Below, piece after piece: positions 30,386-43,025 of a stretch of DNA of 64,000 nucleotides. A program made the translations under genes and the position numbers. Source of the DNA: Gammaproteobacteria bacterium (GTDB taxonomy: Bacteria > Pseudomonadota > Gammaproteobacteria > Eutrophobiales > Eutrophobiaceae). The stretch is taken from contig CAXMWX010000005.1 of the NCBI GenBank assembly GCA_963422205.2, positions 64,001 through 128,000 on the forward strand, in the 5' to 3' direction. How positions within the stretch are numbered: position 1 is the stretch's first letter; every line of letters starts with the position of its first letter. The notes beneath the pieces were generated by a model that was not told the origin of the DNA, searched no databases, and was given only the letters and a program-made list of their open reading frames with translations.

Positions 30386-30646
30386 ATGAGCCATCCCTGC
30401 CATAAGAAACACCTGGCAAGTATTCGTCGCATAGAGGGTCAAATTCGAGGGATCGTTAAAATGATAGAGGAAGAGAAATACTGCATTGATATATTGAATC
30501 AAACCAAAGCCGTCAGAACTGCCATTGCTACAGTGGAAGGAAAAATACTCAAAACCCATTTAAGGGAATGTATTAAAGACTCGCTGGGTGGTAGTGAAGA
30601 GTTTGAAGATAAGGTTGAGGAGTTGCTAAAAGTGCTAAAACGATAA
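30386..30646 (+). CDS. CsoR/RcnR family metal-sensing repressor
   Basis: RRIEGQIRGI.KMIEEEKYCIDIL, HLREC, and His3. Confidence 0.93.
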   Translation: MSHPCHKKHLASIRRIEGQIRGIVKMIEEEKYCIDILNQTKAVRTAIATVEGKILKTHLRECIKDSLGGSEEFEDKVEELLKVLKR

Positions 30647-30752
30647 CGCTTTTTTTGACAAAGTCAGTTGAATACATTCATCCTGGAGCCAGGTTAAATC
30701 TTTGCAGAGAAAAACAGCGCACCAACCCAGGAGTAAAAAAACCAGGGCGTCT

Positions 30753-31520
30753 TTATCCCTGAGAGCGATGCTTCATCTTCACAGGCATTGCTGCTGAGGC
30801 ATTAAATCTGACAAATTTTTCCCAATCAATCGCCCCGTTGCTATCACAAAACAGCCGGCCAAATTCCAAGGTAAATACATTGATCCGTTTTGAATAGGAT
30901 GCCATGAAATCCTCGTTTCTTGCTTTGGCGTTATGTCCCAGCGGGGCTATGATGTCGGTATACAGATGCTCATTGCCTGATATAAATTTCCAAAACTTCT
31001 GGCCGCAGTATTTGTAATAATCTCCTTTATCCGGTTTGCTGTCGCGGCCGTAACAACAGCCATTGACACAGACAATATTCAACTTTGAATGACTGGTTCT
31101 TAACGTTCGTTGCGCCGTCTTAAAGTCTGCCTTCATCTTGGCGATTTGACTGCTGTTTCCCCAGTTGGGGCCGGATTTGATGTTCACAATATAGCGAATG
31201 CCATCATCGTCAAATTCCAGATCGATGCATGGTATGCCTGATTTCCACCCGCCATAAACTGAGTTGTTTATGAAGATAGCCAACCCTTCCAGCCAGTCTC
31301 CAAACAGCGTTTCTTCGTTGGATGAGAGGTGTGCATCGACAAAGCCCCTGACAATTTCCTCAGATGTCAAAACATGCTTTGCCTTAAACAAATAAGGATT
31401 TTTCCTTTTGATAATTTTATCAAGGCTCAGGGTATCCAGGCTCGATATTCTTTTCTTATGAAAAATATCGATATGCTCTTCAACATACATGATCACATCA
31501 TTCAGATCGATGGGTTTCAT
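30753..31520 (-). CDS. Type II restriction endonuclease (EcoO109I/PmeII-like family)
   Basis: KRKNPYLF, EETLFGDWLE, ID..F...IKSGPNWGNSSQ (PD-(D/E)xK-like), and GQKFWKFISG motifs. Directly downstream of a DNA methyltransferase. Confidence 0.85.
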   Translation of the reverse strand: MKPIDLNDVIMYVEEHIDIFHKKRISSLDTLSLDKIIKRKNPYLFKAKHVLTSEEIVRGFVDAHLSSNEETLFGDWLEGLAIFINNSVYGGWKSGIPCIDLEFDDDGIRYIVNIKSGPNWGNSSQIAKMKADFKTAQRTLRTSHSKLNIVCVNGCCYGRDSKPDKGDYYKYCGQKFWKFISGNEHLYTDIIAPLGHNAKARNEDFMASYSKRINVFTLEFGRLFCDSNGAIDWEKFVRFNASAAMPVKMKHRSQG

Positions 31521-32358
31521 ACACAGCCCTGGGATCAAATAAAAATAATTCCACCGGTTCCAGTTGGGATCTCACCATGTCATAATATTCTGCGACCACT
31601 TCTATGCCGATAGAGTGTCGGCGCATTTTGCTGGCAACCCTATTGGTTGTGCCAGAACCCATGAAAGGATCCAGCACCGTATCCCCCTCTTGCGTAAACA
31701 GCCGGATAAACCATTCAGGCAATTCTGCTGGAAAGGCAGCGCTGTGATTTTTATTATTGCACTCTGTGGCCAGGTGCAAAACATTCGTAGGGTACGCCTT
31801 GTCTCGTGTCAGCCAGTTGGATATATTTTTCCCAAATCCACTGCCCACTTTGGAGATATCCCTGATTTTATCCGTATCGCTGAGATTTTTTAGCCTTGTC
31901 TTCGCCCAATCCCCCATAGGCACCATGACGGCTTCCTGATACATGGCAAATTTTTTATTTTTGTTAAATTGCAATAGCCGCTCCCAGGCATCCCTGAACC
32001 TGTTGGGCCATTTGCCGGGATAACAATTTCTTTTATGCCAGATAAATTCCTCCGTCCACAACCAGCCCTGTTTTCTCATGGCCAGGATCAATTCCATCAC
32101 ATAGGTGCTTCTCTCTCCATTGACAGCCTTTTCCTTGATATTGAGTACAAAGGTGCCTGTGGGCTTCAGCACTCTCAACAACTGTTCCGACTTGGGTAAA
32201 AACCACGCCACATAATCATCGGGATGAATCCCCCCATAATTTTTTTTCCGCTGATCAGCGTATGGAGGAGAAGTAAAAATCAAATCGACTGAATCATCGG
32301 GGATTTCCCGCAGCACGCCCTCGCAGTCTCCAAGGTATAAATTGTGTGTTATTTCCAT
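31498..32358 (-). CDS. Beta-class amino DNA methyltransferase (probably N4-cytosine)
   Basis: Motif IV TSPPY precedes motif I DPFMGSGT, with H.AAFP between them. Confidence 0.93.
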   Translation of the reverse strand: MEITHNLYLGDCEGVLREIPDDSVDLIFTSPPYADQRKKNYGGIHPDDYVAWFLPKSEQLLRVLKPTGTFVLNIKEKAVNGERSTYVMELILAMRKQGWLWTEEFIWHKRNCYPGKWPNRFRDAWERLLQFNKNKKFAMYQEAVMVPMGDWAKTRLKNLSDTDKIRDISKVGSGFGKNISNWLTRDKAYPTNVLHLATECNNKNHSAAFPAELPEWFIRLFTQEGDTVLDPFMGSGTTNRVASKMRRHSIGIEVVAEYYDMVRSQLEPVELFLFDPRAVYETHRSE

Positions 32359-32423
32359 CTTGAGCTCATTAATTTTGGACTATTTCGCATATTGCATCTG
32401 ATCATCACGTATACAATCTGTCA

Positions 32424-33995
32424 TCATTCCCATTCAATCGTGGCCGGTGGTTTGCCGGAGATATCATACGTGACACGGGAGATGCCGCTCACTTCATTTA
32501 AGATACGGCCTGCCACGACTTTAAGGAACTCATGCGGCAGGGCAGCGTAATGGGCGGTCATAAAATCCACGGTCTCCACAGCGCGCAAGGCCACCACATA
32601 ATCATAAGCACGGGCATCGCCCTTCACGCCAACAGACTTGACCGGCAGGAACACGGCAAAGGCCTGGCTTACCTCACCATAAAAACCCTGCCTGCGTAAT
32701 TCACTGATAAAAATAGCATCAGCCAGACGCAGGCAATCGACATGGGGTTTTTTCACTTCACCTAAAATTCTGACAGCAAGCCCCGGCCCCGGAAACGGAT
32801 GTCGGTCGATCAGGTGTTGCGCCAGGCCCAGCGCCGCCCCCATCTGCCGCACCTCATCCTTAAACAACTCCCGTAACGGCTCTACCAGTTGCATACGCAT
32901 GCCATCCGGCAAACCGCCGACATTATGATGCGACTTAATCACGTGCGCCTTGCCCGTGCTGGCACCGGCCGATTCGATCACATCCGGGTAAATCGTGCCC
33001 TGTGCCAGGTAATGTATTGCCTCCAGTTGCGCTGCCTGCTCTTCAAACACGGCGATAAACTCCGCACCGATAATCCGGCGCTTTTGCTCCGGGTCATCCA
33101 CACCCGCCAGGGCGGCAAGGAAGCGCTTCTCGGCATTCACCCGAATGACATTGATCCCCATCTCCGCTGCGAAGATCTGCATGATCTCATCGCCTTCATG
33201 CAAACGCAGCAGGCCATGATCAACGAATACGCAAGTGAGCTGATCGCCGATCGCCCGCTGCAACAAGGCAGCGACAACGGCAGAATCCACGCCACCGGAC
33301 AAGGCCAGCAATACCTGATTATCGCCGACCTGCCCCCTGATCCGGGCGATCGCATCCTGGATGATATTGCCCGTATTCCAGTCATGCCGACAACCGGCAA
33401 TCTCATGCACAAAACGGGAGATAATGGCCTTGCCCTGGCGGGTATGGGTCACCTCTGGATGAAACTGCAAGCCATACAAGGCACGCTCCTCATCCGCCAT
33501 GCCGGCGATCGGCGCACTGTCGGTTGCGGCGATCACTGTAAACCCGGCCGGCAGGCTATCGACTTGATCACCATGACTCATCCACACATCCAGCAGGCCA
33601 TGGCCTTTTGCGTTTACCTCATCCTGAATCTCATCTAACAGGCGTGAATGCCCGCGCGCCCTGATCCGGGCATGGCCGAACTCCTGCCTGTCCGAAGCGC
33701 TCACCGTCCCCCCAAGCTGCTGTGCCATGAGCTGCATCCCGTAGCAAATGCCAAGCACCGGTACGCCCAGCGCAAATACGCCCGGCGGCAGCCGGACGCC
33801 GTGCAGCGCCGTCACCGATTCCGGCCCGCCGGACAGGATAATGCCCCTGGGTTGGGCGTTGTGGATAGCCGCCATGCTGACATCATAAGGATAGATCTGG
33901 CTGTACACACCGGCCTCTCGCACCCGCCGTGCAATCAACTGGGTATATTGCGAGCCAAAGTCGAGGATCAGTATGTTGTCGGATTGTCTGGGCAT
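32424..33995 (-). CDS. guaA: GMP synthase (glutamine-hydrolysing)
   Basis: [32 protein letters not shown]. Confidence 0.99.
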   Translation of the reverse strand: MPRQSDNILILDFGSQYTQLIARRVREAGVYSQIYPYDVSMAAIHNAQPRGIILSGGPESVTALHGVRLPPGVFALGVPVLGICYGMQLMAQQLGGTVSASDRQEFGHARIRARGHSRLLDEIQDEVNAKGHGLLDVWMSHGDQVDSLPAGFTVIAATDSAPIAGMADEERALYGLQFHPEVTHTRQGKAIISRFVHEIAGCRHDWNTGNIIQDAIARIRGQVGDNQVLLALSGGVDSAVVAALLQRAIGDQLTCVFVDHGLLRLHEGDEIMQIFAAEMGINVIRVNAEKRFLAALAGVDDPEQKRRIIGAEFIAVFEEQAAQLEAIHYLAQGTIYPDVIESAGASTGKAHVIKSHHNVGGLPDGMRMQLVEPLRELFKDEVRQMGAALGLAQHLIDRHPFPGPGLAVRILGEVKKPHVDCLRLADAIFISELRRQGFYGEVSQAFAVFLPVKSVGVKGDARAYDYVVALRAVETVDFMTAHYAALPHEFLKVVAGRILNEVSGISRVTYDISGKPPATIEWE

Positions 33996-34076
33996 TGCCG
34001 CCGCCCCCGTTTGCACCGACGCCTGAAACATGCCGGTATCAGCGGGATGCGATCATCTGTGATTATCATCCATCCC

Positions 34077-35598
<1,522 letters not shown>

Positions 35599-35605
35599 TC
35601 ATACC

Positions 35606-36967
35606 ATGCCTGTAACTGAGAACCGTGACATCTACACCGTGACCCGGCTGAACCGTGAGGTCAGGGCGGTGCTGGAAGGCCGCTTTCCCGCCATTTGGGT
35701 ACAAGGGGAGATCGCCAACCTGGCCCGGCCCGGCTCCGGTCATCTCTATTTCACATTGAAAGATCAAACATCGCAAGTCCGCTGCGCCATGTTCAAGGGC
35801 CGCAACCGCCGGCTCAAGTTCAGCCCGGAGGGCGGTACCGAGATCATCGCCCAGGCGAAGATCAGCCTGTATGAGGGCCGGGGGGAATACCAGCTTGTCA
35901 TTGACCGCATGGAGCTGGCGGGGATGGGGGCGCTGCAACAGGCGTTCGATGAATTAAAACAGCGCCTGCATGAGGAGGGGCTGTTCGCCAGCGATAACAA
36001 ACAGGCCCTGCCCGCCTTCCCCGGATGTATCGGTGTGGTAACCTCCGCAACCGGGGCGGCAGTCCGTGATATTCTGACGGTGTTGCAACGCCGTTACGCC
36101 TGTGCTGAGGTGATCATCTATCCGGTGCAGGTGCAGGGCGAGGCGGCCGCCGGGCAGATCGTCGCGGCGCTCCAGACGGCCAATGCGAGGTCAGAATGCG
36201 ATGTGTTATTAGTTGCCAGAGGCGGTGGGGCGCCGGAAGATCTGCGTGCATTTAACGAGGAGAGTGTCGCCCGGGCGGTCTACGCCTCGGCCTTGCCGAT
36301 CGTCAGCGGCATTGGGCATGAGATTGATTTTACCATCACCGACTTTGTCGCTGATCACCGTGCGGCAACCCCCTCGGCGGCTGCCGAGTTGATCAGCCCC
36401 GACAGCCGGGCATTGCTGGCACAGCTGCATACCCTGTCCAACGCGCTGTGTGATCGCCTCCGGCAGATCACCACCGCTTACCGGGCGCAGCTGGAGCAGT
36501 TAGGCAAACGCCTGCCACGGCCGGAAGGCCGCTTGCAGAGCATGGCGCAACGCACAGACGAGCTGGGCATCAGGCTGCATCAGGCAATAGCGAGGCAACT
36601 GCTGAACCGGCGGGTGCTGTTGGGCAAAAGCAGCGGCAAATTAAAACAGCACAACCCCGCACATGGCCTGCGCCATTATCAGCAGCGCTGTCGCCTGTTA
36701 GGCAGGCAGCTACAGACGCTCATTGATGCGGCCATGAAGTCCCGGCAGGCCCGCCTTAAACACCTGCTGCACACCCTGAACACAGTCAGCCCGCTGGCAA
36801 CGCTGGAACGTGGCTATGCCATTGTCACTGACAGCCGTGACAAGCCGCTGTACACCACGGCCGGGATCACGCCGGGGGATACCATCAAGACACGCCTTGG
36901 CAGCGGGCGGCTTGAATCGACAGTGAGCCAGGTTGAAAATCACAGCGGCAGCCCTCAGAGACGGTAA
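35606..36967 (+). CDS. xseA: Exodeoxyribonuclease VII large subunit
   Basis: SGHLYFTLKD, ARGGG, GIGHEIDFT, ATPSAAAE, SPLATLERGY; divergent from guaB. Confidence 0.98.
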   Translation: MPVTENRDIYTVTRLNREVRAVLEGRFPAIWVQGEIANLARPGSGHLYFTLKDQTSQVRCAMFKGRNRRLKFSPEGGTEIIAQAKISLYEGRGEYQLVIDRMELAGMGALQQAFDELKQRLHEEGLFASDNKQALPAFPGCIGVVTSATGAAVRDILTVLQRRYACAEVIIYPVQVQGEAAAGQIVAALQTANARSECDVLLVARGGGAPEDLRAFNEESVARAVYASALPIVSGIGHEIDFTITDFVADHRAATPSAAAELISPDSRALLAQLHTLSNALCDRLRQITTAYRAQLEQLGKRLPRPEGRLQSMAQRTDELGIRLHQAIARQLLNRRVLLGKSSGKLKQHNPAHGLRHYQQRCRLLGRQLQTLIDAAMKSRQARLKHLLHTLNTVSPLATLERGYAIVTDSRDKPLYTTAGITPGDTIKTRLGSGRLESTVSQVENHSGSPQRR

Positions 36968-37019
36968 ACCTTTCGTGCCAGGAACCAGGCCGGGTAAGAC
37001 ACCCCGGAAGCCATGCCTG

Positions 37020-37766
37020 TCAATAGGCCAGACGATAGTACAGCAAACCCAGGTATTCATGTAATGCGATCCGACTCCAGCGTAATGCGTACATACTGGG
37101 CAGGAAGTCAAGCACGCTTTTTTCTTCGGCAAATGTGTGGCTGATAAACACCGTAGCCGCCGGTATCACCACAATGCCCTGCCGTTCAAACGCCCACACG
37201 GCTCGTCGTGCATGGCTGGCGTGGGTGACCAGATAGATGGTATCAAGACCCATCGCCTTTATCAGCCTGGCACTGAACAGGGCATTCTCGGCGGTGTTGC
37301 GGCTGTCTCCTTCTTCGATAACCTCATCAATATGCCACACCTCGCTTAAGCTATGCGCCATCATCTCGGCCATTGTCAGGGGCTCATCCGCCCGCCTGCC
37401 GCCGCTGACAAGAATGGGCAGGCCGGTCTTCCGACTAAGCCAGGCGGCATAGTGCAGACGTTCCAGGGTGGGCGAACCCGGCACATCTCTTGCGTACTCC
37501 GGCTGGTTGCGGTAACGCCCGCCGCCCAAGACCACGATCAGTTGTGCTGCTGCCGCCTCGTTGAGGTCTAACGGCGCCGGCTCCAGCCAGTGATGCAGTC
37601 TTGCAGCGACTGGCCCCAGGCTGAGCAGGTACAGCGAGAGAAAACTCAGCAACAGCAGGCCAACGGCCAGCCGCCGATAGCGGCGCCAGACAAGCAAGCC
37701 GACGCCAGCCAGGATAAGATTGATCCCCGGCGGAAAAATGAGAGATTTAAGCGGTTGCCACCACAT
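37020..37766 (-). CDS. YdcF/ElyC (DUF218) family membrane protein
   Basis: IVVLGGG, ILVSGG, SRNTAENA, LVTHASH and ALHEYLG motifs. Confidence 0.9.
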   Translation of the reverse strand: MWWQPLKSLIFPPGINLILAGVGLLVWRRYRRLAVGLLLLSFLSLYLLSLGPVAARLHHWLEPAPLDLNEAAAAQLIVVLGGGRYRNQPEYARDVPGSPTLERLHYAAWLSRKTGLPILVSGGRRADEPLTMAEMMAHSLSEVWHIDEVIEEGDSRNTAENALFSARLIKAMGLDTIYLVTHASHARRAVWAFERQGIVVIPAATVFISHTFAEEKSVLDFLPSMYALRWSRIALHEYLGLLYYRLAY

Positions 37767-37779
37767 AAGCGGCGGGTGG

Positions 37780-38736
37780 TTAGAATTTGCCCCCGGCCTG
37801 AAGGTCTGCATGGTAGGAAGAGCGCACCATCGGCGCACTGGCCACGCTCACAAAGCCGATCGCCCTGGCATACTCGCCCAGCTCGGCAAATTCGGCCGGT
37901 TCAACAAACCGCTCTACTTTCAAATGATAACGGCTCGGCTGTAAATACTGACCCAGCGTCAACATGTCACAGTCATGTTCACGCAAATCATGCAACACCG
38001 CCTTGACCTCATCGAGCTGCTCGCCCAGGCCCAACATGAGGCCGGACTTGGTTGGGATGGCGGGATGGGCGTCCTTGAACTGCCCTAGCAACTGCAAGGA
38101 CCAGGCATAATCCGCCCCCGGCCGGGCCTTTTTATATAGGCGCGGTACGGTCTCCAGATTGTGGTTAAACACATCGGGCGGCGCCAGTGCCAGCGCGGCC
38201 AATGCAGGTGCCATCCGGCCTCGAAAGTCCGGCGTCAATATCTCGATCCGGGTCTTCGGTGTGCGTTGGCGAAGCTCGGTTATGCAGCTGGCAAAATGGG
38301 CAGCACCGCCATCTTTCAGATCATCCCGGTCGACCGAGGTGATCACGACATAGGCTAACTGCATCAGTGCAACGGCATCCGCCACCTGCCGAGGCTCCTG
38401 CTCATCCAGCGGCCGGGGGCGACCGTGGGCAACATCACAAAACGGACAGCGCCGGGTGCAGAGATCACCCATAATCATGAAGGTCGCCGTCCCCTGACTG
38501 AAACACTCACCCAGATTAGGACAGGAGGCCTCCTCACACACGGTGTGCAGATTGCGCTCTCGCAACAGCTTTTTTAATGCCAGCACTTTGGGATCAGTCG
38601 GTGCCTTTGCCCGAATCCAGGCCGGCTTGCGGGGCGAGGCGGATGCTTGTGGTATCACCTTGATGGGAATGCGCGAGGTCTTTAACCGACCTTTTTGATC
38701 TTTCTTTGTCGTTGTCTCTGTCAGTTGCTGTTGCAC
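37780..38736 (-). CDS. lipA: Lipoyl synthase
   Basis: [26 protein letters not shown]. Confidence 0.99.
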   Translation of the reverse strand: MQQQLTETTTKKDQKGRLKTSRIPIKVIPQASASPRKPAWIRAKAPTDPKVLALKKLLRERNLHTVCEEASCPNLGECFSQGTATFMIMGDLCTRRCPFCDVAHGRPRPLDEQEPRQVADAVALMQLAYVVITSVDRDDLKDGGAAHFASCITELRQRTPKTRIEILTPDFRGRMAPALAALALAPPDVFNHNLETVPRLYKKARPGADYAWSLQLLGQFKDAHPAIPTKSGLMLGLGEQLDEVKAVLHDLREHDCDMLTLGQYLQPSRYHLKVERFVEPAEFAELGEYARAIGFVSVASAPMVRSSYHADLQAGGKF

Positions 38737-39455
38737 TGTTCTAACCTCCTGGTCTCGCCCTCTGAACTGTCGCCTGGCGTTGAATATTCACGATTGCCGG
38801 GCAGCGATGGCCAACCGGCGCTGTCTGTATATAGCCCGGGGACATACCCCAGCGCAGACAGCAGAGATTCCTGATAACGCTGCTGCACTATAGCAAACTT
38901 GTCCCTCACCGCTAAATCATAGAGTTGTGTTACCGCCAGATTCGGGTAGCCACACGGGTTGATCTGGCTGAACGGGGTCAAGTCCATGTCGACATTGATG
39001 GCAATCCCGTGATAACAACAGCCGCCCCGCACACGCACCCCCAGGGCGGCAATCTTGCCGCCAGCCACATACACGCCCGGTGCACCTGCACGCCGCCCTG
39101 CATCAATACCATAGCCCTGTAAAAAATCAATCACTGACTGCTCCAGCAAACGGACAAACCGTTTGATGGTCATGTTTTTTCTACGCAGATCAAGTAATGT
39201 ATAGATCACTAATTGCCCCGGCCCGTGGTAAGTCACCTGCCCGCCACGGTCGGTCTGCACGACAGGCACCTGACCGGCGCTGAGTATGTGTTCCTGTTTG
39301 CCCGCCATGCCTAAGGTAAAGACTGATTCGTGTTGCAGACACCAAAGCTCATCTGTGGTCTGTGGATTGCGCCCGGCGTTGAATGCCTGCATCTGTTGAT
39401 AGACCGGCACATAGCGCTGCAGCCCCAGGTTTTTTATAATGATCTGATTCATCAT
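38721..39455 (-). CDS. lipB: Octanoyltransferase
   Basis: [24 protein letters not shown]. Confidence 0.97.
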   Translation of the reverse strand: MMNQIIIKNLGLQRYVPVYQQMQAFNAGRNPQTTDELWCLQHESVFTLGMAGKQEHILSAGQVPVVQTDRGGQVTYHGPGQLVIYTLLDLRRKNMTIKRFVRLLEQSVIDFLQGYGIDAGRRAGAPGVYVAGGKIAALGVRVRGGCCYHGIAINVDMDLTPFSQINPCGYPNLAVTQLYDLAVRDKFAIVQQRYQESLLSALGYVPGLYTDSAGWPSLPGNREYSTPGDSSEGETRRLEQCNSN

Positions 39456-39537
39456 GCGGGTGAGAATTTTGTTTTCCAGTGATGATGAAAAGCGTAACAT
39501 ATCGGCTTCAATAGATAGTCAAAAAGTCGAGGTCATC

Positions 39538-39912
39538 ATGAAATCATGTCATGTTATGGTAGTTATCCTGTGTGCCTTTATATCTTCAGCCTACAGCATG
39601 GCTGAGGATACCTCATCCACATCGGGGGAGATCCTAACATCCTGTCCCCTGCCAACCAAGCCCGGCATACCCAATGGCCGCACCTCAAGCGAAGCGGAAA
39701 TGATTGCCGCCCAGAGGGAAATGCAAGCCTATATGGACGACAGCAACCAGGTGCTGGAATGTCTCAAGCAACTGGAGGCGGGCTGGGGAGAGGAGACCAG
39801 CGATGAACAGCGGGCGATCGTGGTGTTGTTTCACAACAAGGTGGTGGAAGAAATGGAGTCGATCGCCGATCTGTTCAATTCCGCCGTGCGTGCATTTAAG
39901 GGGAAAAATTAA
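39538..39912 (+). CDS. Hypothetical exported helical protein
   Basis: GAGG RBS, signal peptide, two Cys, amphipathic helices. Confidence 0.7.
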   Translation: MKSCHVMVVILCAFISSAYSMAEDTSSTSGEILTSCPLPTKPGIPNGRTSSEAEMIAAQREMQAYMDDSNQVLECLKQLEAGWGEETSDEQRAIVVLFHNKVVEEMESIADLFNSAVRAFKGKN

Positions 39913-40200
39913 CGCACATCACAAGGCATACAAATGTGTGCTGGATGCTTTAAGCTGGGATGCCATGCGCCTGTGGCGTTGATCACAGTGCGCCAGTCTT
40001 GTTGCACACGGCTGTGTGAGTTGCGATGGCGGGCGGGCGTGAAAAGCGCTGAACAGCGGCCTCCCTGTACGGATCTTGTCCTGGGCTGATCTTTTTCTGG
40101 GGCTGACTTTTTCGTAAACTGTTATCACTTGCCAGATCACACCCTCCTGCTGCATGCCGCGTTATGGTCAGGCATTGGCCTGGTATGAGTGATCTCTGTT

Positions 40201-41121
40201 ATGTACGCATTAGCCATTAAAAACCTGAAAAAGACTTACAAAAACGGCGTCAAGGCACTGTGCGGGATTGATCTCTGCATTGCAGAAAATGATTTTTTTG
40301 CACTGCTGGGGCCAAATGGGGCCGGCAAATCAACGACGATCGGGATTATCTCATCTCTCATTAAAAAGACATCCGGCAGCGTACACATCTTCAATGCCGA
40401 TCTGGACAGGCAGATGGGGCGAGCTAAATCTTATCTGGGGATCGTGCCGCAGGAAGTCAACTTTTCGCTGTTTGAAACCCCCGAGGCGATCCTGCTTAAT
40501 CAGGCAGGGTATTACGGCATACCACATCGCCTCGCAAAGCCGCGGGCAGATAACTATCTCAAAGCGCTGGGACTTTGGGATAAGCGCAAAGGGATTGCCC
40601 GCAATCTATCCGGCGGCATGAAACGCCGGCTGATGATCGCCCGCGCCCTGATACACCAGCCCCGGCTGCTCATTTTAGATGAACCGACGGCCGGGGTGGA
40701 TGTTGAACTCCGTCGCTCCATGTGGGACTTTTTAAGAGAAATCAACGCCAACGGCACGACCATATTGCTGACCACCCATTATCTTGAAGAGGCAGAACAA
40801 CTCTGTAAAAACATTGCCATCATAGATGGTGGCACTATCATTATTAACTCGACCATGAAAGCGGTGCTGGCGAAGTTACACGTAGAGACGTTTATCCTTG
40901 ACCTTGCCACACCGCTAAAAGCACTGCCGATGATACAAGACTTCAAATTAACACTGCTTGATCCACAGACGATAGCAGCCAACATCCATAAAGAGCAAAG
41001 CATTAATACGCTGTATGACATATTGTCAGAGCATAATATTACAGTTTGCAGTATGCGTAACAAGAGCAATCGACTGGAGGAATTATTCCTGCATTTACTG
41101 GATAACGGTGCTGTGCAATGA
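40201..41121 (+). CDS. yadG: ABC-2 type transporter ATP-binding protein (YadG-like)
   Basis: GPNGAGKS, LSGGMKRR, LDEPTAGVD, C-terminal NRLEELF. Confidence 0.9.
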   Translation: MYALAIKNLKKTYKNGVKALCGIDLCIAENDFFALLGPNGAGKSTTIGIISSLIKKTSGSVHIFNADLDRQMGRAKSYLGIVPQEVNFSLFETPEAILLNQAGYYGIPHRLAKPRADNYLKALGLWDKRKGIARNLSGGMKRRLMIARALIHQPRLLILDEPTAGVDVELRRSMWDFLREINANGTTILLTTHYLEEAEQLCKNIAIIDGGTIIINSTMKAVLAKLHVETFILDLATPLKALPMIQDFKLTLLDPQTIAANIHKEQSINTLYDILSEHNITVCSMRNKSNRLEELFLHLLDNGAVQ

Positions 41122-41906
41122 ATACGGACAAACCCATCGCACATCCTCTTGTTATCGCTTATACCACTATCGTGAGCAAGGAGATTACCCGCTTTATTCG
41201 GATCTGGTTGCAGACGTTATTACCGCCGGCGATCAGTATGGCCCTGTACTTTATTATTTTTGGCAATTTAATCGGCGCACGGATCGGCCTGATGGGAGGC
41301 GTTGGCTATGTGGAGTTCATCGCTCCCGGTATCATCATGATGGCCATCATTAACAATGCCTATGCGAATGTCGTCTCATCCTTCTTTGGTGCCAAGTTCC
41401 AAAACCATATCCAGGAGATCCTGGTGGCACCCGTGCCTTACTGGATCATACTGGCAGGCTATGTCAGCGGCGGCGTTGTCCGCGGCCTGTTTGTCGGCCT
41501 GATTGTCACGATCGTTGCCCTTCTCTTCACCAGACTGCATATTCATCATCCTCTGATCGTGGCGGCGGTTGTGGTCTTGACCTCCGTCCTGTTTTCACTG
41601 GCCGGCTTTATCAATGGCATTTATGCAAAGAGCTTTGATGATGTTTCAATCATTCCCACCTTCATACTAACGCCTTTAATCTACTTGGGAGGCATATTTT
41701 ATTCTATCGAACTATTGCCGGAATTCTGGCAGACAGCCTCCCGACTCAACCCGATTCTCTACATGGTCAATGCCTTCCGCTACGGCATGCTTGGCATCTC
41801 CGACATCAATATAGCAACCGCGTTCTCACTCATCATCGTGTTTATCATGAGCCTCTCTGGTTATGCCTTGTGGCTATTGCATCGCGGGGTGGGCATTAAA
41901 GAATAA
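41118..41906 (+). CDS. yadH: ABC-2 type permease (YadH-like)
   Basis: KEITRFIRIWLQTLLPP, NPILYMVNAFRYG; overlaps the ATPase gene by 4 nt. Confidence 0.9.
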   Translation: MNTDKPIAHPLVIAYTTIVSKEITRFIRIWLQTLLPPAISMALYFIIFGNLIGARIGLMGGVGYVEFIAPGIIMMAIINNAYANVVSSFFGAKFQNHIQEILVAPVPYWIILAGYVSGGVVRGLFVGLIVTIVALLFTRLHIHHPLIVAAVVVLTSVLFSLAGFINGIYAKSFDDVSIIPTFILTPLIYLGGIFYSIELLPEFWQTASRLNPILYMVNAFRYGMLGISDINIATAFSLIIVFIMSLSGYALWLLHRGVGIKE

Positions 41907-41916
41907 GCAGGTTTTG

Positions 41917-43014
41917 CTATTTTCTTAGCTTCTTATCCAGTGCCTCATAAACTGATTGATAAAATGCCCTCTTGTCCTCATCCCTGTTAAGATAAGATGC
42001 AGGCAGTTTGTTATCCGGCAGAAAAGGCGTATTTAACATCTGCAAATACTTCGCATCATCATTATCCAGCTCAATGACTTTTGCTATCATCTTCTCATAA
42101 GAGCAATCATAATCTTCATAGTTGATAAAAGACCGGGGATTAAAATACTCGCCAATATTGGGCGCCCCGCGGTAAATCGGAATCGCACCGCCCCCGACCG
42201 CCTGAATTATTTTCTCGGTGATATAATTGTCCGCATACGAGTTTTCAAAACAAAGCACAAACTTGTAACCTGCTATCCTCTGGTAATTCTCACCCCAGGA
42301 TGAATAATCGTTTATCCAGGCTTCCCTGCTGTTAAAGCCGCCAGTATTATTGAAAACCGCACCATAAGAGTCGATTTTTTTGTACTTCGATAATTTGATA
42401 AAAAATTTCACGCGATCCGTGTTGCATGGATTACTCACGGCGAAGAAGCAAAACTTTTCAGGCACAGCGGTCGCTTGCTTTTTTATAAGTCTTGATATAT
42501 CTCCTTCTCTATAACGAAAAAAAAGCGGATGGCCTACGTTATTCTCTTCCCTATATGGGACATCAAAAAAATCAGGCTGTGCAAATTGCGGGATATACCC
42601 ATAGCGTTTCAGCCGTACCCAATGGAGAAAATCCAGCGAAAAAAACAGGTAAGTCAAAAAAGAGGGCTTAAAAGGCGGCCATTTCAAACCCAGCAGTTTA
42701 CACAGCACTCTATGCAGTGTAACGAAAAGACCAACTGAAACAGGAACATAATACCCTTTAACATTCTCACCTGTATAAAAAATCTTGATCGCATCCTGAT
42801 GCTGGTTAAGCATTTTTTTATATTTTCTCTTCCTTGCATAGCCTTTGCAGCAAGTAGAATAAAAAAGTACATCAACGGGCTTGTCCTCATCTGAAATAAC
42901 TTCATACCCCTTCTCCAGCAGCAGTGCTTCCAGATAACGCACCCGGTTTACACGATGAGCACGGGGATGGACCTCAAAGTGTTTGTAAATTATGTTGACT
43001 TGCTGTGATGGCAT
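41917..43014 (-). CDS. GT10 alpha-1,3/4-fucosyltransferase
   Basis: IFYTGEN, KFCFFAVSN, IDSYG and YKFVLCFENS...YITEKI..A....IPIYRG (alpha-1,3-FucT motif). AT-rich. Confidence 0.92.
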   Translation of the reverse strand: MPSQQVNIIYKHFEVHPRAHRVNRVRYLEALLLEKGYEVISDEDKPVDVLFYSTCCKGYARKRKYKKMLNQHQDAIKIFYTGENVKGYYVPVSVGLFVTLHRVLCKLLGLKWPPFKPSFLTYLFFSLDFLHWVRLKRYGYIPQFAQPDFFDVPYREENNVGHPLFFRYREGDISRLIKKQATAVPEKFCFFAVSNPCNTDRVKFFIKLSKYKKIDSYGAVFNNTGGFNSREAWINDYSSWGENYQRIAGYKFVLCFENSYADNYITEKIIQAVGGGAIPIYRGAPNIGEYFNPRSFINYEDYDCSYEKMIAKVIELDNDDAKYLQMLNTPFLPDNKLPASYLNRDEDKRAFYQSVYEALDKKLRK

Positions 43015-43025
43015 CTTGTTTGACT

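Noticed and set aside
28860-30752. att direct repeats for a guaA island
   Set aside because: No copy of the guaA 3' end was found. The weak similarity between about 28885-28915 and 30720-30750 is too degenerate to call.
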